Assembly: GCA_900758495.1 (NCBI GenBank)
Contig: CAAERO010000005.1
Coordinates: forward strand, 16,189-80,188
Reading direction: 5' to 3'
DNA from: Bacilli bacterium
GTDB lineage: Bacteria > Bacillota_I > Bacilli_A > RF39 > UBA660
Length of the DNA: 64,000 nucleotides
Numbering within the stretch: the first letter of the stretch is position 1; each line of letters starts with the position of its first letter. A program made the position numbers and the translations under genes. Below are positions 10,100 through 17,576 of this stretch, in pieces. Below the pieces are notes generated by a model that had not been told where the DNA came from, did no database searches, and was given only the letters and a program-made list of their open reading frames with translations.

Positions 10100-10399
10100 T
10101 TATAATAATTTTAAATTATTTTCTTTATTAACTTGTTTTTGTAATAACTTTAAATCTTTTATATTTTTGTTATCTTTTAAGACTTTCAATTGTCTTCTTG
10201 CCGAATTATTAAGTCTTATTAATCTTTCACCTTGTGAAATTTTTTCTTCAATTAGTTCTGCATTTGTGTTTTGTAGATTGTTTAATATAACTAAATGAAG
10301 CAAATCAGTTAAAGAAATATAATTAACATTTCCAACTCTTAGTATTCCTACTTTATTTTCTTTAACTATTATTTCTGCTGTTACTAAATCTTTTTTCAA
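10100..10399 (-). CDS. KilA-N-type protein remnant (N-terminal strand region fused to the C-terminal tail; central part missing)
   Basis: The N-terminus (IIVKENKVGILRVGNVNYISLTDL) and C-terminus (SQGERLIRLNNSARRQLKVL) resemble the two ends of ~270-aa KilA-N domain proteins as I recall them. This ORF is only 99 aa. Confidence 0.4.
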   Translation of the reverse strand: MKKDLVTAEIIVKENKVGILRVGNVNYISLTDLLHLVILNNLQNTNAELIEEKISQGERLIRLNNSARRQLKVLKDNKNIKDLKLLQKQVNKENNLKLL

Positions 10400-10772
10400 T
10401 CTTTTTTCTCATTCCTACTTAGATTTTAAAAGATATTAACAAATATAATTATGTTCACACCTTTATTTTACTACATAATTTTAATTTTTGTGAACAAGTT
10501 TTGAAATAAACACAAGTCAAAGTACTCTGTTAATATCATTTTAAGCATTTTCTTTAGTTGTAATAACTCCATTATTATCTTCTATAAGTTGTAAAATTTA
10601 TTTTTCTTTATTCATAAGTATTATTTTCTTTAAATTTTATAATTCTATCTTCAAAAGAAAAATGTTATCACATTTTCTGTGATAGCATTCCTTATTTTAT
10701 AAACCTCAAGCCAATAATTTTTGAGTAATTTTTTATTCAAGTATTATAAACTTTTTTCACAACTCTACTCTA

Positions 10773-11414
10773 CTAAAATCGTTTGATTTTTCTAGCCTTA
10801 ATAAGAGTATAATCATCTTTATCAACATTGCTTGAAGTTATATCTTCAAAACCAACCCCTTTTAATGCTTCTATTTCATGTTCAACAGTAAGTGGTGTAT
10901 CTATATGTTTATGGCTTTCTATATTATGCTCTAATTCATATAACTGTTCATCTTCTATTTCCTGAGTTAAGGCAATTTTATCACAATTAATGAATTGACC
11001 ATGTTCTTTTAAACAATCGTAAATTTTCTTATATAGTTTAATTTTCTCTTCCTTTTTAAAATGATGAAGAGCTGATGTAGATATAACTGCATCATATTTG
11101 CCTCCAAATTCAACTTCAAAGAAATCTCCACATATTGTAATCACATGTTCTGCAAAGCTTCTTTTCCTTAATTCTTCAAGCATGTTTTCGGTAATATCTA
11201 TGACTGTAACTTCAGCACTTGGAAATAATTCAAATACATGAATTAATTCTAATCCTGTACCTGCTCCTAAGTCTAATATTTTTTTAGTTTCTTTATCTAA
11301 ACTATCCCCTAATGTTTTTTTAGTTTCCATATAAGTACTATGTACATCATCATATGAATCTATTTTCTCATTAAAGAATGTTCTTTGTTTTTGATTTCTT
11401 TCATATAAATTCAT
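10773..11414 (-). CDS. class I SAM-dependent methyltransferase
   Basis: Motif I ILDLGAGTGLE and post-I VTVIDITENM. RBS AAGGGGGA. Confidence 0.8.
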   Translation of the reverse strand: MNLYERNQKQRTFFNEKIDSYDDVHSTYMETKKTLGDSLDKETKKILDLGAGTGLELIHVFELFPSAEVTVIDITENMLEELRKRSFAEHVITICGDFFEVEFGGKYDAVISTSALHHFKKEEKIKLYKKIYDCLKEHGQFINCDKIALTQEIEDEQLYELEHNIESHKHIDTPLTVEHEIEALKGVGFEDITSSNVDKDDYTLIKARKIKRF

Positions 11415-11437
11415 AATTAATCCCCCTTAAATTTATT

Positions 11438-11971
11438 TCATATATTATTTTTAATTAAATCTTTGATTTCACTATCATTTAACTTAATACTATTAACACA
11501 TAATTGTGTTGCTATACCATGAGTATAGAATCTCACTTCACGATATACTTTTTTTGCTTCTTCTAAAGATATTTTGTATTGCTTTACCATTGCATTAATT
11601 GTTTCAATATTTCTATCAGTATTTAATACTTCTTCTACTGTTCTAGAACCAGCAAAGTCAGTCATAAATAAAGTGAAGAATATGTTTGGTTCTTTCTTTG
11701 CATAGAAAGCATATGCATAACTTATTGTGTATAAATAATCTTTTATATCTACATATTTATGAATAAAAGCTGAATAATCTTTTCTTAAATACAATTTAAG
11801 TTCATCCTTATACATATCAAAATTAGCATAATTTTTAAATATTGGTTGTGTTGAACATCCTATATAATTAGCAAGTTCTCTAACTGTTAGTTTTGAATAA
11901 CCATACATCTTTATAAAATCAACACTTTTCTCTAATATATCTTCTTTAGAATACTTAATTGTTCTTGCCAT
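11438..11971 (-). CDS. TetR/AcrR family transcriptional regulator
   Basis: N-terminal HTH (LTVRELANYIGCSTQPIFKNYANFD). GAGGTG lies 6 nt before the ATG at 11971. Confidence 0.8.
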   Translation of the reverse strand: MARTIKYSKEDILEKSVDFIKMYGYSKLTVRELANYIGCSTQPIFKNYANFDMYKDELKLYLRKDYSAFIHKYVDIKDYLYTISYAYAFYAKKEPNIFFTLFMTDFAGSRTVEEVLNTDRNIETINAMVKQYKISLEEAKKVYREVRFYTHGIATQLCVNSIKLNDSEIKDLIKNNI

Positions 11972-12028
11972 AGCCATCACCTCACAAATGTATAAAATAA
12001 CATTTGTTATTTATTTCTCACTTTTTTG

Positions 12029-12143
12029 ATGCAAAATTATCTAAATATTGTAATCACAGAAAAACCCACAATTTCCTATTTTATGCGGGTTTGCGAGCTT
12101 ATTTACACCACAACAATTCTTATATTTTCCCCTGAACCACATG
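12029..12143 (-). repeat. orphan SEC-C tail + terminator repeat, copy R1 (degenerate)
   Basis: The minus strand reads ..RPCGSG, then a 1-nt frame slip, then KYKNCCG, followed by a hairpin and T-run. It is homologous to R2-R4 and to the secA 3' end. Confidence 0.7.
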
Positions 12144-12319
12144 GCCTTTGATATTGTGGATTTTGGCAACTTTGTGGAACACTTGGCTCGTTAATTCGGC
12201 ATTTGGTTGCACTTGAGAGCACTCCGTAGCACTCGGTAAACCTAGCAGAACTTATCTAAAAAATCATCTAAAATAATTTGATTTTAATTTTTTATAATTT
12301 TTAAGTAATTATTTTATAC

Positions 12320-12895
12320 TTATTTTTGTGACTTGTTTCTAGCATCATATTTTGTAAACGATTTATCTATATCTATTTTGTATCGTCTTGTCTTTAAATT
12401 GTTACTATTTGAAGAACCATCACCTAAAACTGTTTCTATTAATTGGCCACCATTATTTTCAATAATATTAATTGAACCAACATTAGTATCATAGCAAGTT
12501 ATTATTGCTTCATTAAAAGCTAATTTTTTCATTTCTTGTAAAAGTAAATGGCAAATTATTGTACCATAACCTTGTTTACGGTATGTTGGTACAATTTGAT
12601 AAAAAATATGACCAGCATAAGTTTCAGTGGTTTTATCAATTTCTGGATTTAATCTTATGCTACCAGATCCTACTATTTTATCTTTGTCAAAAAGCCAGTA
12701 AAATATTTCTTTTAAACCATCATTACCTTTTCCTTCTCTATAGTCATTCATTCTTCTTAAATATTCATCAAAATTATTTTTGGTAACAAATGGTTCCCAG
12801 CTATTTGGATATGTTCTAATAAATTCTTGATTATATTCTTCAATTTTTGTAATATCTAACATTTCAGTGACAGGAAATAAAAAAATTTGATTCAT
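12320..12895 (-). CDS. GNAT family acetyltransferase
   Basis: Motif RKQGYGTIICHLLL. GAGGTG lies 5 nt before the ATG at 12895. Confidence 0.75.
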   Translation of the reverse strand: MNQIFLFPVTEMLDITKIEEYNQEFIRTYPNSWEPFVTKNNFDEYLRRMNDYREGKGNDGLKEIFYWLFDKDKIVGSGSIRLNPEIDKTTETYAGHIFYQIVPTYRKQGYGTIICHLLLQEMKKLAFNEAIITCYDTNVGSINIIENNGGQLIETVLGDGSSNSNNLKTRRYKIDIDKSFTKYDARNKSQK

Positions 12896-12999
12896 AATTT
12901 CACCTCTCAATATGCATTATTAACAAAAAACTATCTAGTTTCATAAATGTTTTAGCCTCATGTTATAAGGATTTAAAGTATCTTTAATAATTTGAAATA

Positions 13000-13133
13000 C
13001 TTATCTAAGACAAAAGACATGCCTAAAATTACCTAAATATTGTAATAATAGAAAAACCAGCAATCCATATTTTATACTGGTTTGTGAGCTTATTTGCCAC
13101 AACAATTTTTATATTTTTTTCTGAACCACACGG
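13000..13133 (-). repeat. orphan SEC-C tail + terminator repeat, copy R2 (frameshifted)
   Basis: The minus strand reads ..CKTSHPCGSE, then a frame slip in an A-run, then YKNCCGK*, followed by a hairpin. Confidence 0.7.
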
Positions 13134-13254
13134 ATGCGATGTTTTGCAATTCTGAGATCTTAAATACTATTCTAATCTCTTTAAAACACGTTATTTTATG
13201 TTAATTCACATTAAATCTTTGCTGAGAAAACTCTACTAAAATGTAGATAAAAAT

Positions 13255-15021
13255 TTATTTTAGTTTTCCATAATACATGTCACTAAAGATTCCTTCTTTT
13301 TCAATCAATTCATCATATTTTCCACTTTCTTCAATCTTACCTTTATTCAATACAATTATTCTGTCGCAATTCTTTAAAGTAGTTAATCTATGGGCAATTG
13401 CTATTATAGTAGTATTGTTTTCTTTTTGTAATTTTTCTATTTCACTTTGAATATGTTTTTCTGATGTGTTATCAAGAGCACTTGTTGCTTCATCTAATAT
13501 TAATATTTTTAGCTTTCTTAAGAATATTCTTGCAATTGCAATTCTTTGTCTTTGTCCTCCTGAAAGATTATTTCCACCTTCAGATATTAATGTATCGAAT
13601 TTTTCTGGTAGTTCTTCTATATAATCAAGTATATAAGCTTTTTTAGCAGCTTCTTCTACTTCTTCTATTGATACTTCTCTATTAATTCCATAAGTAATAT
13701 TTTCATAAATTGTTCCAGCAATTAAAAATGGACTTTGAGGAACTAAAGCAATTATATTAGAAATATCTTTTCTATTTAAGTTATCAATATTTGTATCATC
13801 CAAAATGATAGTACCATCTGCTTTTTCTAATTTACAAATTGATTTAATTAATGATGATTTACCGCATCCTGAAGGACCAGCTATTCCTAAATACATTCCT
13901 TTTTCTATATCAATATTGAAGTCTTTTAGAATTAACTTATCTTTATCTTCTGAATAGTGAAAACTTAAATTTTTTATATTTATAATTTCATCAGTTACTT
14001 CATTATTTAATTCTCTTTTCGTATCTAAATATGAAAAATCATTTGGTATTTCAACCATTTCAAAGAAATCACTTGCTAGTATTGTACATTCTGATACTTC
14101 ATCAAATATTCTGTGTAATTCTTCTAATGGTTTTGTTAATTGATTAAAACATAAATAAGCTGTTAATATAGCACCTACAGATATTATACCTTTAGTTGCT
14201 AAATAAGTAGATATTCCTATTATTAATACCGTGAACACCGCTTGATTTATAAATTTTAAACAATCATATAACGCCATCGCTTTATGATGTTTCATTTCTT
14301 TATTTCTTAAAAATTCAGACTTAGTATCAAATCTATTTATTTCAAAGTCAACACTATCACAAATTCTAATAACTTCTATTCCATTAATAAGTTCAACTAT
14401 TGTAACATCCATACTTGATTTTCTTTCTAACAATTCTACTCTTATACCTCTTTGACTATTTATTTGAGCTAAAATAATAGTAATACCTATAGGAATAACC
14501 ATTAACATAGGCAAAGCAAGTGTAATTGGCAAAGTTAAGAAAATTGTTATAATAGCAGCCACACTATTAAAAATAGCTGGAGCAAAATCCATAAATAATA
14601 ATTTTTCTAATTTTATAGTACCATCTAAGCATCTATTCATTCTTCCATGAATATTACCTATCATATTCTTTCTAAAATATGATAATGGGGCCATTAGTAG
14701 TGATTTTATAACCATTCCACGAGCTTTCTTTTCAGTTCTTGTTGCAACATCTTCCACCATTACTCTTCTTATAATCTTGATTATTTCATTACCTACATTA
14801 ACTACAAGAATCAAAATAAGAAAAGGAACAACTTTTTCAAACGTAACACCATTTACATTTAAAACATCATCTGTTAGTCATCCAATTGCTTTTGGAGTCA
14901 TCTGAGTTAAAACAGCTGATACAATCATTATTAATATAATAATTAAAAATTTTATTTTTTGCTTAAAATCTAATAATCTATATATTTTTCCTAATACCTT
15001 CTTCAAATTATTTTTTTTCAT
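13255..15021 (-). pseudogene. ABC transporter, fused permease/ATPase (exporter type), interrupted by one in-frame TGA
   Basis: The ATG at 15021 opens MKKNNLKKVLGKIYRLLDFKQKIKF...MTPKAIG. Then TGA (14878-14880) is followed by LTDDVLN... in the same frame as the 519-aa ORF. Walker A GPSGCGKSS, signature LSGGQRQRIAIAR and Walker B ILILDEATSALD are present. Confidence 0.8.
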
Positions 15022-15197
15022 AAATACACCTCTATTACAATCATAACACATTTTTTACCAACACCACTTTCGAAGTGAACGATTCTTGCTTCTCCCTTTT
15101 GTTATAAGAATTTTAACGTGTTTTTGAAAAGTTGTTAAATGTAGATAATGTGTAGATAGTGATGTAGTCTTTACAATTTATACCATTTTTTCAAGCA

Positions 15198-15284
15198 AAG
15201 AAAAATCTCACAAGCTCTTTATTTATAAGGCTTTGCAAACTTATTTACCACAACATTGTTTATATTTTTTTCCTGAGCCACAAG
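15198..15284 (-). repeat. orphan SEC-C tail + terminator repeat, copy R3 (tail in frame, but no start codon)
   Basis: The minus strand reads ..ILSCGSGKKYKQCCGK*, followed by a hairpin and T-run. A TAA lies about 25 codons upstream and there is no ATG. Confidence 0.7.
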
Positions 15285-15415
15285 ATAAAATATTAAAATA
15301 ACCTAGTAATTTTTTCCTTTTAAATTGTTATTTTTTACTTTAATTTAATAATTTTTTGTTGAAATATTACAAGTTTTTATTCAACAACTTATCTAATAAC
15401 TTATCTAAAAAAAAT

Positions 15416-16093
15416 CTATTTTTTCTTAATGCTATTGTTTCTATTTAAGAATAATTCTTTAGTTCCATGATATTCTTTAGATATCAAAATCTCGTCATCT
15501 TTAAAATATGATGATTTTTTTGTTCTAACGAATTCAAATCCAAGTTTTTCCATAATTCCCCATGATCCAGGATTTATTTCAGCTGCACTTGTTTTAATAT
15601 CAGTTATTTCTACTTCATTAAACATAAAATCTAATATTGCAACGGCTGCTTCTGTTGCATAGCCTTTTCCCTGACAATTAGGATCTATAAACCATCCAAC
15701 ATCTCTTATATTTTCAGGTTCATTATCTTTTGGTTGACAAGTTATTTGACCTATAACTGTATTGGTTCCTTTAAGAAAAATACTCCAAGTATACTTTTGA
15801 CTATCATCTTGTGCTTGGATGGATTCTATCTTCTTTTCATAAAATGGTTCTTGTCTTTTCCAATCAGACAATTGTTCTATAAAAATTTGTCTTGCTTTTT
15901 TTAAATCTTCTATATTATCCTTAGACAAATTATTTTTATCAAATATTCTATCTGGAGTAGGAAAATAATATTGATTGATATCTTCATTAATTAAAATTTT
16001 CCATAATCTATGTTGCTCCTCCATAGTAGGAATCCTCAATTCTAATCTATCAGTATATAAATTTTTAGAATTTATTTTATTCATTGTTATCAC
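15416..16093 (-). CDS. GNAT family acetyltransferase (RimJ/RimL-like)
   Basis: N-terminal TDRLELR motif and QGKGYATEAAVAILDF acetyl-CoA motif. Confidence 0.8.
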   Translation of the reverse strand: MITMNKINSKNLYTDRLELRIPTMEEQHRLWKILINEDINQYYFPTPDRIFDKNNLSKDNIEDLKKARQIFIEQLSDWKRQEPFYEKKIESIQAQDDSQKYTWSIFLKGTNTVIGQITCQPKDNEPENIRDVGWFIDPNCQGKGYATEAAVAILDFMFNEVEITDIKTSAAEINPGSWGIMEKLGFEFVRTKKSSYFKDDEILISKEYHGTKELFLNRNNSIKKK

Positions 16094-16149
16094 TTTCTTT
16101 TTAATTATATCATATACGCCCTATTTTACGTCTGATTTGGGTGAAAAAA

Positions 16150-16283
16150 CTTATCTAAACGATTTCTGATACAAAATTACCTAAAAAATTGTAAGTAGTA
16201 AAAAGCTCACAAGCCTTTTATTTATAAGGATTTGCGAGCTTATTTACCACAACATTATTTATATTTGCGTCCTGAGCTACAAG
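16150..16283 (-). repeat. orphan SEC-C tail + terminator repeat, copy R4 (internal stop)
   Basis: The minus strand reads ..GNTNNTISINNTDNMGTTTTCSSGRKYK*CCGK*. It is followed by the long hairpin AGCTCGCAAA-TCCTT..AAGG-CTTGTGAGCT and a T-run. Confidence 0.7.
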
Positions 16284-16439
16284 TAGTGGTTGTTCCCATA
16301 TTATCAGTATTATTTATACTTATAGTATTATTCGTATTTCCTTGTTTATCAGACTAGGTAACATCTATATTATTTGTATTTATGATATTATCTATAATAT
16401 AAGTATTTCTCTAACGTGGACTTATTGTGGACTTTATCC

Positions 16440-16925
16440 ACATCCGTTCATCTAATATGATTAGAACAATTTTTACTTTTTTATCCAATATGCAATTTAT
16501 TTATTTTCAATTTACTTTGTTTCACTTAATAGTCTATGAAAATCTGACACATAATTCTTATCCTGTATAACTTTATATTTTTCATATTCATTTTTCTAAT
16601 CTTCCAGATACATTGTTATATTTCTCTCTGCATTATTTTCAGCAATATCCAAAAATAAGTTTACTAAATTATTTAAATTTTTAATTCTTGTTCATTTAAA
16701 TAGTTCTTGGCAATAATTACGTCAGATTTTAAAATCTTCCCATCAGGTGAATTTTCCTAGGTAGTAAGTCCAATATTTTCTTTTGTAGAATCCACTCTTT
16801 GATAAACTATTTCAGCAGCAGTGTTTCCAGTAATTGCATAATGAAATTTATTTTGAATAGTTTTATAAAAAGTTATTGCAGTATCACTATTTTTATCACA
16901 ATCAATAGAACATTCAACAAATATA
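16440..16925 (-). pseudogene. RhuM-family protein, C-terminal two-thirds with internal stops
   Basis: Translation gives ..CSIDCDKNSDTAITFYKTIQNKFHYAITGNTAAEIVYQRVDSTKENIGLTT*..PDGKILKSDVIIAKNYLNEQELK.*..LFLDIAENNAERNITMYLED*. This matches my recollection of RhuM proteins (..IDYDKNS..TVQNKxHWAITGxTAAE..KxDVxIAKNYLxExEL..). There are at least 3 stops or frame breaks, and the N-terminal part is missing. Confidence 0.55.
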
Positions 16926-16931
16926 TTTTTA

Positions 16932-17408
16932 CTATTTTGTCTTACTATAATATTCTACTCCAGAATATGTTCCATCTTTATTAAGTCTCCTATTAGCAAT
17001 ATAACCATCTTTTTTAAAACCAGCTTTTTCCATTACTCTAGATGATTGTTTATTTAATTCATTGCAAGAACACTCAACTAAATAATATCCACTTTCTAAC
17101 AAATAATCCGATACAGCCTTTAATGCTTCTGATGCATAACCTTTTCCCCAATAAGCATACAATATTACATAACCAACGTTACAATAGTTATGTCTTTTTT
17201 CAATTCCATTTACAGATATATTCCCAATAGGAGTATTATCACTTTTTAAAGTAATTACCCATTTTTCATATTTTGAATCATCTGCATTTTTAATCAAATC
17301 TTTAATGCATTCTAGTTCTTCTTCTTTTGCTGTTATCTCATAGTTAATATCAGTTTCTTCATATCTTCTTAATATTAATCTTTCTGTTTCTAATTTTGGA
17401 CTTAGCAT
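16932..17408 (-). CDS. GNAT family acetyltransferase (RimJ/RimL-like)
   Basis: TERLILRRY N-terminal motif and WGKGYASEALKAVSDY motif. GGAG lies 8 nt before the ATG at 17408, and the ORF-track N-terminal extension is unlikely. Confidence 0.75.
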   Translation of the reverse strand: MLSPKLETERLILRRYEETDINYEITAKEEELECIKDLIKNADDSKYEKWVITLKSDNTPIGNISVNGIEKRHNYCNVGYVILYAYWGKGYASEALKAVSDYLLESGYYLVECSCNELNKQSSRVMEKAGFKKDGYIANRRLNKDGTYSGVEYYSKTK

Positions 17409-17576
17409 ATTATCAACTCCTAAATATATTTTAACATTAATTATCAAAAAAAGGATGTCCACATTTAAAACGTTTTCCCCATCCTTTTTCACTTATTTTT
17501 TTTAATATGTCGTAAGTAAACTATAAAGCAATAGTCAAATTAGTATTTTTCAATTTCAATTTTTCCTTATTTTATA

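Noticed and set aside
10400-10620. A possible N-terminal fragment of an AbiEi-type antitoxin (MNKEK*ILQLIEDNNGVITTKENA*..).
   Set aside because: Only about 30 codons show vague resemblance, and they are interrupted by stops. This is too short and degenerate to call without a database search.
12130-12245. A locally GC-richer ~115-bp patch with a ~10-nt AGTGC periodicity, considered as a tRNA or small RNA.
   Set aside because: It has no T-loop or anticodon-arm signature and no convincing hairpin. All three minus-strand frames lack a start codon. It is most likely a relic of the foreign ORF whose SEC-C tail forms repeat R1, and it is left unexplained.
14878-14880. UGA read as Trp (genetic code 4), which would explain the in-frame TGA in the ABC exporter.
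   Set aside because: prfB (RF2, the UGA-reading factor) is intact and retains its autoregulatory CUU UGA C frameshift site. ftsE terminates at TGA 11 nt before the ftsX start. No other long gene in the window needs TGA read-through. A nonsense mutation or sequencing error is more likely.
12029-16283. The SEC-C tail repeats R1-R4 as functional small zinc-finger genes.
   Set aside because: None has a start codon or RBS in frame. Three of the four carry a frameshift or stop inside the motif. They were recorded as repeats and relics instead.
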